Origin: Candidatus Magasanikiibacteriota bacterium
GTDB taxonomy: Bacteria > Patescibacteriota > Patescibacteriia > Magasanikbacterales > GWA2-37-8
Direction of reading: 5' to 3'
Length of the DNA stretch: 64,000 nucleotides
Assembly: GCA_023246655.1 (NCBI GenBank)
Contig: JAHFHX010000003.1
Coordinates: 24,875-88,874, forward strand
Position 1 is the first letter of the stretch, and each line of letters starts with the position of its first letter. The notes beneath the pieces were generated by a model, which was not told where the DNA came from, made no database searches, and was given only the letters and a program-made list of their open reading frames with translations. This document shows positions 20,013-29,309 of the stretch, piece after piece. The position numbers and the translations under genes are program-made.

Positions 20013-20050
20013 ACCGTTTGAGGCGTCCTATCTTGTTATATGTTATTGTC

Positions 20051-20881
20051 TTATCTTGGCACATCTAATGCATCATCCACCCGATTAAAAGCAAAGCCAC
20101 GTTGTAAAAGTTTATCAATAATATGAGGAAGCGCCGCTACTGTAGCACTCCTATCATCTCGTCCCGAATGAAATAAAGCAAATCCACCAGGGTGGGCATG
20201 TTTTACAACAACCTGCTCAATTTGCTGGGGATTGTCATAACCCTTGCGCCAGTCAAAACTATCCACGGACCAATTGGCTACCACCACCCCGTGTTTACGG
20301 CATTCCTCAATCTGGCTATCCGTCACTACACCATATGGCGCTCTAAATAAATTAATGGAAAAACCTAACTGCCGTGCCAACAGCTCTCTGGTTTTCTCCA
20401 CCTGATTCGCATACATATCTTTCGTGTCTAATTTTCTCATATCCACATGTTCATGAGCGTGCCCTCCAATAGCATGGCCCTCATCTTTAATTCGTTTAGC
20501 CATGGCCGGGTACTTTTCTGCCAATTCTCCCACGAGAAAAAAAGTGGCTTTAATATTATATTTCTTTAAAATATCAAGAATAGCTGGAGTATAGACATCA
20601 TCCGGCCCATCGTCAAACGTCAAACTAAAGTTAGACTCTCCCTTTTCGTTATACGGATGTTTACCCTCCAGAAAAAAATTAGAAAAATTCCGTGCCTGCC
20701 GTTCCACTGTGGCCTGAAACGTTTTAAGTGCAGAATTATCCATATGATTACGCAAACGAGCTCCTCCCTCGTGTGCGCGAGCCGCCGAGACCTCTTTTCT
20801 AGGCGGTTCGCCACCCTCCGCTGATCCAACCAATAGCCCGAGTGTCAACAATACGGCCTTTGGTATCTCTCGTGGTCTCAT
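20051..20881 (-). CDS. secreted polysaccharide deacetylase (NodB homology domain)
   Basis: Signal-peptide-like N-terminus. Motifs TFDDGPDDVYTPAILDIL and ATFFLVG. Confidence 0.85.
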   Translation of the reverse strand: MRPREIPKAVLLTLGLLVGSAEGGEPPRKEVSAARAHEGGARLRNHMDNSALKTFQATVERQARNFSNFFLEGKHPYNEKGESNFSLTFDDGPDDVYTPAILDILKKYNIKATFFLVGELAEKYPAMAKRIKDEGHAIGGHAHEHVDMRKLDTKDMYANQVEKTRELLARQLGFSINLFRAPYGVVTDSQIEECRKHGVVVANWSVDSFDWRKGYDNPQQIEQVVVKHAHPGGFALFHSGRDDRSATVAALPHIIDKLLQRGFAFNRVDDALDVPR

Positions 20882-20890
20882 ATATCTTTA

Positions 20891-22828
20891 TTAAAGAACT
20901 TCTTTCACCTTCTTTACAATCGCCTGTGCATCAATCTCTCCATACGCCAGCAGTTCATCCGGCTTCCCGCTCTTCGGCATCTTCCGCACCGCCAATCGAT
21001 GGATTGAGACTGAAGATTGAATATTGAAGATTGAAAATTCCGTGACGGCCGTCGCTACCACCTCACCAATACCACCCTCCGCGTAATGATCTTCAACAGT
21101 CACAATCGCTTTTGTTTCGTGCACTGCTTTTTCAAGAGTCGCCGCATCAATTGGTTTAATACTATAAAGATCAACCACACGAATACTAATTCCTTCTTTC
21201 TGCAAAACATCGTACGCCTTTAATGCCTCAATCAATGTCACCCCAGCGCCAATCACCGTCACTACATCCTGCCCGCTACTCTTGAGCGTCTTACTTCCAC
21301 CAATTGGAAACTTTTCATCGACACTATACAAAATCGGCGATTCTTTACGCGTGGTGCGAATATACACATTTCCCATATGCTCAGCCGCCGCTTCCACCAA
21401 CCTCTCGGTTGAAACAGCGTCCGATGGATATAAAACCACACTCCCAAAAATTGATCGAAACATCCCTAAATCTTCCAAAGCCATTTGGGACGCGCCGTCT
21501 TCGCCAATTGAGACGCCGGCGTGCGAACCAACGAATTTAATATTGGGGTTGGAATACTGGCTCATTCTAATTTGATCAAACGCCCGCGAAAAAAACGCGG
21601 CAAAGGTCGATACAAACGGAATTTTCCCGCGCCGCGAAAACCCTAAAGCCGTTCCCACCATATTCTGCTCCGCAATATACATCTCAAAAAACCGCTCCGG
21701 GTATTTTCCCTTAAAAAATTCCGCATACGTGGAATTGCTTACCTCCGCGTCCAACACCACCATATTCGGTATCGCCGATGCGAGCCTAACCAAGGCGTTT
21801 CCATATGCCTTCCGCGTAGCAACCGGTTTATCACTTGGATAATTGAAATTTGGTGTTTGGAACTTGTTTGGAACTTGGTCATTGAGATTTGGGGTTGTTA
21901 CTTTCTCGGGCAAAGCTACCGTACCAACTAATGTTTTATCTACCGACCCCAATTCCACCAATGCCTTCTCCAACTCCTCCCGAGAAAGTGCTTTGCCGTG
22001 CCAATTATCTTTATCTTCGATAAACGACACACCTTTACCCTTCAAAGTCTTCGCGATAATCATCACTGGTCTATTTCTATATTTCTCTATTTCTTTATTT
22101 CCAATCGCTTTCTCATACGCCTCCGCAATCTCCTCCACATTATGCCCATCAATAACAATTGTCTTCCAGCCAAACGCTTCGGCCTTTTTCTGATACACTT
22201 CCAGCTCATGTCCGTACATCGTCTCCCCCCGTTGCCCCAAACGATTCACATCAATGATCGCAATTAGATTATCTAATTTATAATGTTCGGCGCAGGCCAT
22301 TGCTTCCCACACACTTCCTTCGGCCATTTCGCTATCCCCCAACAGCACCCAAGTGCGGTACGGCAATTTGTCGAGCTTGGCATTCAGTGCCATCCCAACG
22401 CCGATGGAAAGCCCCTGCCCCAAGGACCCAGTGGCCGCCTCGGTATACGGAAACGCCATTGTGGGGTGACCCTCCAGGCGGCTCCCAAATTTCCGCAAGC
22501 TAAGCATTTCTTCCTCGGATACTTTTCCCGCCGCCGCGTAAATCGAATAAAATAACGGCGAGGCATGGCCTTTAGAAAAAATTAATCGATCATTGTTTGG
22601 AAATTCGGGATGATCCAAATCAGCGCGGAAAAATGGACCACCCCCGCCAGAGGCGGGTCCGCCTGTGGCGAAAAACATGAGTATGGTCATTAAATCTGCC
22701 GCGGAAAGTGATGATGTTGGGTGCCCTGATCCAGCCGCAGTGGTGGAAACAAGACTATAATAACGAATGAGCTTGGCGAGTTGTTGGAGACGTTCGTGGT
22801 TGGTCATAAATAAATAATGATTAAACAC
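20891..22828 (-). CDS. tkt: transketolase
   Basis: Thiamine-diphosphate-binding N-terminus (GSGHPTSSLSAADLM), then the pyrimidine-binding domain, then the C-terminal domain. 645 aa. Confidence 0.9.
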   Translation of the reverse strand: MFNHYLFMTNHERLQQLAKLIRYYSLVSTTAAGSGHPTSSLSAADLMTILMFFATGGPASGGGGPFFRADLDHPEFPNNDRLIFSKGHASPLFYSIYAAAGKVSEEEMLSLRKFGSRLEGHPTMAFPYTEAATGSLGQGLSIGVGMALNAKLDKLPYRTWVLLGDSEMAEGSVWEAMACAEHYKLDNLIAIIDVNRLGQRGETMYGHELEVYQKKAEAFGWKTIVIDGHNVEEIAEAYEKAIGNKEIEKYRNRPVMIIAKTLKGKGVSFIEDKDNWHGKALSREELEKALVELGSVDKTLVGTVALPEKVTTPNLNDQVPNKFQTPNFNYPSDKPVATRKAYGNALVRLASAIPNMVVLDAEVSNSTYAEFFKGKYPERFFEMYIAEQNMVGTALGFSRRGKIPFVSTFAAFFSRAFDQIRMSQYSNPNIKFVGSHAGVSIGEDGASQMALEDLGMFRSIFGSVVLYPSDAVSTERLVEAAAEHMGNVYIRTTRKESPILYSVDEKFPIGGSKTLKSSGQDVVTVIGAGVTLIEALKAYDVLQKEGISIRVVDLYSIKPIDAATLEKAVHETKAIVTVEDHYAEGGIGEVVATAVTEFSIFNIQSSVSIHRLAVRKMPKSGKPDELLAYGEIDAQAIVKKVKEVL

Positions 22829-22878
22829 TCCTTATCCTAACAAATGATAGATATTTTCGCAACGGCAACATTAAAAAT

Positions 22879-24120
22879 TTAAACCCTAGTCTGAGCAATG
22901 CTTTCCCCTGCCACTCGCCCAGTGGCCCAAGAGGCTTGGAGGTTGAAACCACCGGTAAAACCATCAACATTCAAAATTTCTCCAGCAAGGTAAAGGCCGG
23001 GGCACAGCTTGGATTCCATGGTCCGCGGATCAACTTGGGAAAGTTCAACGCCACCCGCGGTAACAAACTCATCCCCCGCACCACGCGCAACCGCATGGAG
23101 CGGCAAATGCTTAACCCATTCCCCAGTCTTTTGTACTTCTTGACGAGTAATTTCCGCGTTCTTTTTTTCAATGGGAATACCAACTTCTTGGCAAATTATT
23201 TCGGATAAAGACAACGGAACAAAATGTTGTAAAATATTTTTAAAACTTTTTTTAGGATTGGCTTGTAACAACTGTTGAAGAGTAATAATAAACCTGTCCA
23301 TTGTAATTTCCGGAACAAAATCGATGAAGATAGCGAGTGGTTTCGCCGGACCAAAATTTTGAAAAGCAGTTAAGGACGAAAGCGCAAACACTGCCGGACC
23401 GCTGATACCGGTGTGGGTAAATAAAAATGCACCGGTGAAAGTATTAGGCTTAGGACAATCGGCTGAGATGTTAGCTTTTATAAATGACACTCCGGAGAGC
23501 GCTCGTGGCCATTTTTCTTTGGTGATAAATGAATGCAGGCTTGGTGCGAGCTCCGTAATATGGTGACCAAGCGATTCGGCAAGCGTATAGCCATCACCAG
23601 TTGAGCCAGTGTGGCGATAGGCCTGCCCACCGAGCGCGAGCACGACGCGATCGACGGTGAGTGGCGGTTGATTTTGGCACATCACAAAAAATTCTTTACC
23701 CTGACGCGTGATGCTTTTTACATTATGTTTGGTAAGCACCTGAACTCCGGAATGAACAAAAATTTTGGTGAAAACATTTACAATATCTTTACCGTCATCA
23801 GAGACCGGAAATACCCGTAAATCTTTTTCACACTTGAGAGGTATTCCATGTTCCTCAAACCACGCTCGGACAGCGGCCGGAGAGAAACGATGGAGTGCTG
23901 AAATGAGAAATTTTTTTCCGCGCGGGTATTTGCTGAGCGCAATTTTTATATCCTCTACCCCCGTGGTTACGTTGCAACGCCCCCCGCCGGAAATAATTAC
24001 TTTTTTACCGAGCGAATCATTTTTTTCCAATAAAAAAAGTTCCGTTTCCGGATTATTTTCCAGTATCGTGGCCGCACACATCATGCCAGCCGCGCCAGCG
24101 CCCACAATTGCTACGCGCAT
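22879..24120 (-). CDS. NAD(P)/FAD-dependent oxidoreductase, HI0933/BaiN-like flavoprotein
   Basis: Dinucleotide-binding motif MRVAIVGAGAAGMMCA, plus GGGRCNVT, which is typical of the HI0933 family. Confidence 0.8.
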   Translation of the reverse strand: MRVAIVGAGAAGMMCAATILENNPETELFLLEKNDSLGKKVIISGGGRCNVTTGVEDIKIALSKYPRGKKFLISALHRFSPAAVRAWFEEHGIPLKCEKDLRVFPVSDDGKDIVNVFTKIFVHSGVQVLTKHNVKSITRQGKEFFVMCQNQPPLTVDRVVLALGGQAYRHTGSTGDGYTLAESLGHHITELAPSLHSFITKEKWPRALSGVSFIKANISADCPKPNTFTGAFLFTHTGISGPAVFALSSLTAFQNFGPAKPLAIFIDFVPEITMDRFIITLQQLLQANPKKSFKNILQHFVPLSLSEIICQEVGIPIEKKNAEITRQEVQKTGEWVKHLPLHAVARGAGDEFVTAGGVELSQVDPRTMESKLCPGLYLAGEILNVDGFTGGFNLQASWATGRVAGESIAQTRV

Positions 24121-24377
24121 ACAATAGGCTTCATCATTTTAATCAATGCTAATTTTTCCGCTCGTGAGAGCTTCTTGATCTCCACCTCTCGTTTACGCGC
24201 AGCCGAGATGCCATGAAACACCTCAGAATAAACGAGCCTAACCGGCCGCCGCACTCGGGTATATTTGGCGCCGGCCGTGGTTGTATTATGCGCGTGAATT
24301 CGTTTCGTAATATTTTTGGCAGAGCCAGTGTAGAGTGTTTGGTCTGCGCATTCGAGAATATAAACAGTGTGAAACAT
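24111..24377 (-). CDS. GIY-YIG nuclease family protein (YhbQ-like)
   Basis: GIY-YIG core YILECADQTLYTGSAKNITKRIHAHN. 88 aa. Overlaps the upstream gene by 10 nt. Confidence 0.75.
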   Translation of the reverse strand: MFHTVYILECADQTLYTGSAKNITKRIHAHNTTTAGAKYTRVRRPVRLVYSEVFHGISAARKREVEIKKLSRAEKLALIKMMKPIVCA

Positions 24378-24536
24378 AATTTAATGTACCTGATAGAATC
24401 AACTCTATCCCTCTTTTACATAAAAATCAACTCTATGGTACTACTATAAAAATGCTTGGATTTGTCAAACAGCCGAAAAATGGTACCATGGTATTCTATG
24501 CAAATTCCTTACCGAAAACCAGGCAAATTTAGCCAA

Positions 24537-24998
24537 ATGAAAATCGATCCTCTCGTTACGGAGAAAAAATATCAGGAACTTAACGCCAAGTTAGAAAAAT
24601 TAAAAAATATGAGCCAACCACAAGCAGCCGCCGAAGTGGCCAGACTTGCTGAACTAGGTGATTTTTCAGAAAATGCCGAATATCAAATTGCTAAAGGCCG
24701 TTTGCGAGGAATTAATAATTCGATTCTCCGATTAGAACACCAGCTACATCAGGCAATTATTATCCGCCCACTAAAACAAACGGATACAGTGAAAATTGGA
24801 CACACCGTAACCGTTGAACGGAATGGCAAGCAAAACACTTATCAGCTACTCGGCTCCTCTGAAACAGATCCACAGAAGGGAATCATTTCTCATAACTCCC
24901 CCCTTGGGGGGGCTCTCATGGGGAGGATGGTTGGTGAGATTATTGCTGTAAAATTAGCTGACAAGGAAGTTGACTATAAGATTGTTAAGATTAAGTAA
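24537..24998 (+). CDS. greA: transcription elongation factor GreA
   Basis: Motif LTEKKYQELNAKLEKLK...ARLAELGDFSENAEYQIAKGRL. The likely true start is the MKIDPL codon at 24537; the track extends to 24456. Confidence 0.85.
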   Translation: MKIDPLVTEKKYQELNAKLEKLKNMSQPQAAAEVARLAELGDFSENAEYQIAKGRLRGINNSILRLEHQLHQAIIIRPLKQTDTVKIGHTVTVERNGKQNTYQLLGSSETDPQKGIISHNSPLGGALMGRMVGEIIAVKLADKEVDYKIVKIK

Positions 24999-25009
24999 AA
25001 AAAGTAAAG

Positions 25010-25081
25010 TGTCCCCATGAGGAATTGAACCTCAATCCTGGGCTTCGGAGGCCCATATTTTATCCGTTAAACTATGGGGAC
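25010..25081 (-). tRNA. tRNA-Arg, anticodon CCG
   Basis: Cloverleaf folded by hand. Acceptor gtcccca / tggggac, anticodon loop ctCCGaa, T-loop ttcaatt, discriminator A, no encoded CCA. Overlaps the femAB stop by 1 nt. Confidence 0.7.
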
Positions 25082-26085
25082 TAAAATAATCGTCGTAACC
25101 ACCGCAGCGCTTGATACATCTTATATCTGACCGGCGAAATAATCAAATCAAACGTACCCGGGTCTTCAGCTACTGTCCCGCCAAACCCAAGTTTAAATCT
25201 GGTCATGCGAGCGTACTGATGTTTCAAATTATATTGATATCTTTCATTTCTATCACTGTGAACTGTGCTTGGCGCAATTCCAAAAAAATCATACTGACTG
25301 TATCCCAACTTTTTGCCCAACTGAATCCCTTCCCACTGTATAAGATGTGAGGCCATCAATTGTCGAGAGTCGTGATCTGAAGCACCAAAAAGATATGTCA
25401 ACGTATCTCCAAAACCAACCAACACCGCGGCGGCCACCGGTTGCTCATTATAATAAATCGTAATCTGGTGTGTTAATGGCGAAGCTAAAACTGCCTGATA
25501 ATGTTCTCTCGGATGGAGACGAAATCCATCGCGCTCGGCGGTCTTATGACTCAATTTCCAAAAACTGTCAAAATCTTTTAGTCTTTCAATCTTCAACTCT
25601 TTCTTCTGTGCTAACCGAATATTATATCGAGTTTTTTCGTGCATGTTGGCGAGGAGCTCGTCATTAGATTTGCTGAGATCAAGAATGGTAGTGGCACGGG
25701 GGGTGAGGTCGATGGATTTGTTAATTAACAATGAACAACTATCAATTAACAAATGTGATGGCTCAACTCTAAACAAAATAATTTTTCGAGCCAAAAAATA
25801 ATCCTTAAAACATCCCCAAACACTCGTTAATTGTTCTTTATTAATTGTTAATTTCGCCACCGGCCCAGCGGGACAAAACCCATACCTCATACCAAACGGC
25901 AACTTAGTATACACTACCTGCGCCTGCGCAACGATTTCGCTACCATCACTCACCCGCAATCGTTCAACAAATTTTCCCTCACTGTGCAAAATCTCCCCCC
26001 ATTCCCACGACTGTAAAAATGACCCGTTATGCTCGGTAAGCCAGGAATTCCAAGTTTTTTTATCATGAGCTAGATGGATATCCAT
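25081..26085 (-). CDS. FemAB-family peptidoglycan interpeptide-bridge peptidyltransferase
   Basis: N-terminus WNSWLTEHNGSFLQSWEWGEIL and overall FemX-like layout. 334 aa. Confidence 0.75.
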   Translation of the reverse strand: MDIHLAHDKKTWNSWLTEHNGSFLQSWEWGEILHSEGKFVERLRVSDGSEIVAQAQVVYTKLPFGMRYGFCPAGPVAKLTINKEQLTSVWGCFKDYFLARKIILFRVEPSHLLIDSCSLLINKSIDLTPRATTILDLSKSNDELLANMHEKTRYNIRLAQKKELKIERLKDFDSFWKLSHKTAERDGFRLHPREHYQAVLASPLTHQITIYYNEQPVAAAVLVGFGDTLTYLFGASDHDSRQLMASHLIQWEGIQLGKKLGYSQYDFFGIAPSTVHSDRNERYQYNLKHQYARMTRFKLGFGGTVAEDPGTFDLIISPVRYKMYQALRWLRRLF

Positions 26086-26123
26086 AACTTTATGGACTTT
26101 CGACTTTATAAACTTTATAGACT
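26086..26123. repeat. phased GACTTTAYR repeat block immediately upstream of the femAB start codon
   Basis: Sequence aactttatggactttcgactttataaactttatagact. Confidence 0.8.
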
Positions 26124-26897
26124 AGTCGCCAGATAACTGGCGACCACCGCCGCCGTCTCCGCCCTGAGTGTCAACGGCCCAAGGGAGCGAATGAGACAGT
26201 CAGTCTTTTCCGCAGCCGCTCGTTCTGCTTTGGACCAACCACCCTCTGGTCCAACAAACACAGCAATTGATTGCGAGACCTCTCTTCCCGTTCTCTCCTC
26301 TGCGGAGGAGAGAAGGAATCGTTCGCGCCCTCTCCTTTGCAAAGGAGAGGGCAGGGTGAGATCTCGTTCAGGCACAAATTGAGTATCGGTAAAATCACAA
26401 AAAATCTTAATCTCATTCTCAATCTTTAAAGCGTCACCTAACTTGATCGGTTCTCCAAATTCCGGCACCACCGCGCGCCCACACTGTTCACTGGCTTCTT
26501 TCATAATCCGTTCAAGACGGGCCCGATTCAGTCCGGTCTTCACGATATGCTCAGTAATTATTGGTACAACCTTCACCACTCCTACCTCCGTGGCTTTCTG
26601 AACCACCCACTCAAAATTATCTCCTTTAAGGATTGCACAATACAACGTCACCGGTCGTAAAGTATTTAGTATTTGGTACTTAGTATGTGGGGTCGCCAGA
26701 ATCTCAATTTCGATCTTAGTCTTATCCATCTTCACGATCTTTGCAGTCTTATTTTCACCCTTTCCATCGCTTAAGAGTATTTCTTCGTCTAGCTTCAACT
26801 TCAAAACCTCCCGCCACTGGTGCACAAGGTCGGGCTTACTGACGGTGAGTGAAGGTTGCGATAAATCACTATCAATGATAAAACGGTGACGACGCAT
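26115..26897 (-). CDS. rsmE: 16S rRNA (uracil1498-N3)-methyltransferase RsmE, carrying an in-frame palindromic insertion
   Basis: RsmE N-terminus MRRHRFII, and a VGPEGGWS knot motif. Contains an extra segment PSPLQRRGRERFLLSSAEERTGRE. Confidence 0.8.
   Translation of the reverse strand: MRRHRFIIDSDLSQPSLTVSKPDLVHQWREVLKLKLDEEILLSDGKGENKTAKIVKMDKTKIEIEILATPHTKYQILNTLRPVTLYCAILKGDNFEWVVQKATEVGVVKVVPIITEHIVKTGLNRARLERIMKEASEQCGRAVVPEFGEPIKLGDALKIENEIKIFCDFTDTQFVPERDLTLPSPLQRRGRERFLLSSAEERTGREVSQSIAVFVGPEGGWSKAERAAAEKTDCLIRSLGPLTLRAETAAVVASYLATSL
26285..26355. repeat. palindromic repeat element, family B (paired hairpins ctctcctctgcggaggagag and ccctctcctttgcaaaggagaggg), inside the rsmE coding sequence
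   Basis: Two perfect palindromes separated by gaatcgttcgcg. A homologous element lies in sucC at 45505-45625. Confidence 0.75.
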
Positions 26898-26946
26898 ACG
26901 CCTCCAGTGTACTCCCCGATTCCCCTTCCGTCAACGCGGCTAACCC

Positions 26947-26975
26947 TTGCCAAAAAACAAGATATGTAGTATAAT
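26947..26975 (+). promoter_or_regulatory. sigma70-type promoter TTGCCA-17 bp-TATAAT for the rpmF-nusB-rnc cluster
   Basis: ttgcca at 26947-26952, a 17-nt spacer, then tataat at 26970-26975. Confidence 0.55.
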
Positions 26976-27035
26976 AACCACACTTTTGGTAACTACACCC
27001 TAGTTACTATTTACTTTTTACTGTTTACTAATTCT

Positions 27036-27230
27036 ATGGGTTTACCTGGACATCGCCGCACCTCTGGTGATAAACGACGTAATCATAACCATCTTGCTCT
27101 CAAAGAAATGGCTATTAATAACTGCCCAAAATGCGGCAAAGCCAGGCTTCCACATCGCGTCTGCGCCTTCTGTGGAACATACCGAGGGCGACAAGTCGTA
27201 AAAGTTAAGATGGCCAAAACAAAAAAATAG
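27036..27230 (+). CDS. rpmF: 50S ribosomal protein L32 (bL32)
   Basis: HRRTSGDKRRNHNHL...CPKCGKARLPHRVCAFCGTYRGRQV matches the L32 zinc-ribbon pattern. Confidence 0.8.
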   Translation: MGLPGHRRTSGDKRRNHNHLALKEMAINNCPKCGKARLPHRVCAFCGTYRGRQVVKVKMAKTKK

Positions 27231-27318
27231 ACCTAAACAATAAGTTATAGGTGCTAAGCAGTGAACCAATTATTTTAGCTTAGAACTGAGTACTTACGTG
27301 CTTAGTACTAAACACACT

Positions 27319-27777
27319 ATGCCCAACCGTCACCTCGCCCGCTCCATTGCCATGCAATCGCTCTTTGAATGGGATTTTCGTGGCAACCCTACCGCCGCCT
27401 TACCAGCAATTGTAAAACATAATCTAGAAGAATTTGCTCCGGGCCTCAAAGATACTGAGTTTGCCCAAAAACTTATTGACGGGGTAATGGACCATTTACC
27501 AGAGATAGACAGCGTGATTAGCACCTATGCGCCCAGCTGGCCGATTAGCCAAATTACCATCGTTGATCGAAATATCCTGCGCCTTGGTGTATATGAATTA
27601 AAAATCAACAATGACGTGCCTCCCAAAGTGGCTATTAACGAGGCTATTGAACTCGCCAAAACTTTTGGCGGGCCCTCCTCCGGCAAATTTGTTAATGGTG
27701 TTTTAGGGTCGATGTATAATGATCTCGTGAAAGAAGAACCTGAAATAACCAATAAACAAACAGTTAAAGAAGATTAA
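27319..27777 (+). CDS. nusB: transcription antitermination factor NusB
   Basis: Motif [17 protein letters not shown]. The track start at 27298 is a GTG; an ATG start at 27319 is more likely. Confidence 0.85.
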   Translation: MPNRHLARSIAMQSLFEWDFRGNPTAALPAIVKHNLEEFAPGLKDTEFAQKLIDGVMDHLPEIDSVISTYAPSWPISQITIVDRNILRLGVYELKINNDVPPKVAINEAIELAKTFGGPSSGKFVNGVLGSMYNDLVKEEPEITNKQTVKED

Positions 27778-27819
27778 AATTTTTATCTTCTATTTCATCG
27801 GATAACGCCTAACGTAAAA

Positions 27820-27868
27820 CGCGTAACCTGTTTAACCAAGTTATACGTTTCACGTTCCACGTTACGCG
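27820..27868 (+). promoter_or_regulatory. stem-loop ending 1 nt before the rnc start codon (candidate RNase III autoregulatory hairpin)
   Basis: 8-bp stem cgcgtaac (27820-27827) / gttacgcg (27861-27868). An alternative pairing is aacgtaaaacg / cgtttcacgtt. Related sequence occurs at 9388-9432. Confidence 0.35.
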
Positions 27869-28654
27869 ATGTATCGATCTATGTCACTCGCCTACAATTC
27901 CCTTCCCGAAATTGCCGAAAAAAATTTTCCAAGCCTCGAGGAAAAAATTGGTATCACTTTCAAAAAACCCGAATACCTCATCCAAGCCTTTGTCCATCGC
28001 TCATATTTAAATGAGCACCACGATTTTCCCCTTGGACAGAATGAGCGTTTAGAATTCTTAGGCGATGCCGTACTAGAACTTATTGTTACTGAATTTCTCT
28101 TTGATGAATATGGAAATCCGGAGGGCGAACTCACCAACTGGCGTGCTGCCCTCGTAAACGCCATCATGCTTTCCAAAATTGCCTACGAAATTGGCATGGA
28201 GCCCTTCCTGTTTCTCTCTCACGGCGAAGCTAAAGATACGGGCACTAAGGCACGAGATTATATCATGGCCAATGCTATTGAAGCTCTCATTGGAGCAATT
28301 TATCTTGACCTCGGTTACCCGATGGCCCAACAATTTGTGACTCGGTGGGTACTCACCAAGCTCCCAGAAGTGCTGGAACAAGGTCTTTACCTTGATGCGA
28401 AAAGTCGATTCCAAGAAGCGGCCCAGGAACTTTTAGGTATTACACCCACTTATCGGGTACTACACGAAGAAGGACCAGATCATGCCAAGAATTTTCGTGT
28501 TGGTATCTTTCTTGATAAAGAGCTGGTAGCAACTGGTGAAGGAACCAGCAAGCAAGAAGCCCAGACCCAGGCGGCCGAGGCGGCCGTGAAAATAAAAGGT
28601 TGGAAAGGGCCGCATATTAATATTGTAAAACGACAAACCGGAGACCCGATATAA
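27869..28654 (+). CDS. rnc: ribonuclease III
   Basis: Catalytic signature ERLEFLGDAVLELIVTEFLF, and a C-terminal dsRNA-binding domain. Confidence 0.9.
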   Translation: MYRSMSLAYNSLPEIAEKNFPSLEEKIGITFKKPEYLIQAFVHRSYLNEHHDFPLGQNERLEFLGDAVLELIVTEFLFDEYGNPEGELTNWRAALVNAIMLSKIAYEIGMEPFLFLSHGEAKDTGTKARDYIMANAIEALIGAIYLDLGYPMAQQFVTRWVLTKLPEVLEQGLYLDAKSRFQEAAQELLGITPTYRVLHEEGPDHAKNFRVGIFLDKELVATGEGTSKQEAQTQAAEAAVKIKGWKGPHINIVKRQTGDPI

Positions 28655-28656
28655 CC

Positions 28657-28747
28657 AGTCCGTAAAGTCAAAAGTTTGTAAAGTCCGTAAAGTGACGCTT
28701 GACCAACATTTTACAGACTTTATGGACTTTTGACTTTATAAACTTTC
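28657..28747. repeat. repeat module upstream of tRNA-Lys: agtccgtaaagtcaaaagtttgtaaagtccgtaaagt, then an inverted GACTTTAYR block
   Basis: A 37-bp block is duplicated exactly at 28840-28876. The two halves of the module form a quasi-palindrome. Confidence 0.8.
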
Positions 28748-28758
28748 TACTAATCACT

Positions 28759-28831
28759 GGATCGGTAGCTCAGCTGGTAGAGCAGGGGCCTCTTAAGCCC
28801 AAGGTCCCGGGTTCGATCCCCGGCCGATCCA
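28759..28831 (+). tRNA. tRNA-Lys, anticodon CTT
   Basis: Cloverleaf folded by hand. Acceptor ggatcgg / ccgatcc, D-arm gctcagctggtagagc, anticodon loop ctCTTaa, T-arm ccgggttcgatccccgg. Confidence 0.85.
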
Positions 28832-28839
28832 CTAATGAT

Positions 28840-28930
28840 AGTCCGTAAAGTCAAAAGTTTGTAAAGTCCGTAAAGTCACAATGCGTTAAAACTTTATGAC
28901 TTTATGACTTTCGACTTTATGGACTTTTTT
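28840..28930. repeat. second copy of the repeat module, upstream of tRNA-Arg
   Basis: The 37-bp direct repeat of 28657-28693, then actttatgactttatgactttcgactttatggacttt. Confidence 0.8.
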
Positions 28931-28988
28931 TGCGCCCGTCGTTCCCGCCACAGGCGGGCAGGCAACGGATCATCTGGCTACTACCAAT

Positions 28989-29060
28989 GCTCCCGTAGTT
29001 CAATGGATAGAATATTAGGCTTCGAACCTAAAGATAGGGGTTCGATTCCCTTCGGGAGCA
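28989..29060 (+). tRNA. tRNA-Arg, anticodon TCG
   Basis: Cloverleaf folded by hand. Acceptor gctcccg / cgggagc, anticodon stem ttagg / cctaa, anticodon loop ctTCGaa, T-loop ttcgatt. Confidence 0.7.
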
Positions 29061-29309
29061 CTGGCGATAGCAAGATTAGCAAACAGTATGAACAAACAAT
29101 TCTTGACCTGTGCATAACTTTGTTTGACTCTATTTATCTTTTTTTTATTTCCCTATATACTAATTAATAGGTCGAGGAAAATTTTTTACATCAATGCTTG
29201 TCATGTAAAAAGTTACTTCCAAAATTTTTTCTCGCGTTCGCGAGGTTAGAAAAAATTTGTATCTCTAACGCAACTCTTGAGCGTTAGGTCAAGACAGGAG
29301 GTGTTAAGT

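Noticed and set aside
21000-21060. The gaagattgaa / tcaatcttca repeats inside tkt as another inserted element
   Set aside because: They form only a short direct repeat in a variable C-terminal loop, and there is no palindromic structure or second diagnostic copy. The evidence is insufficient.
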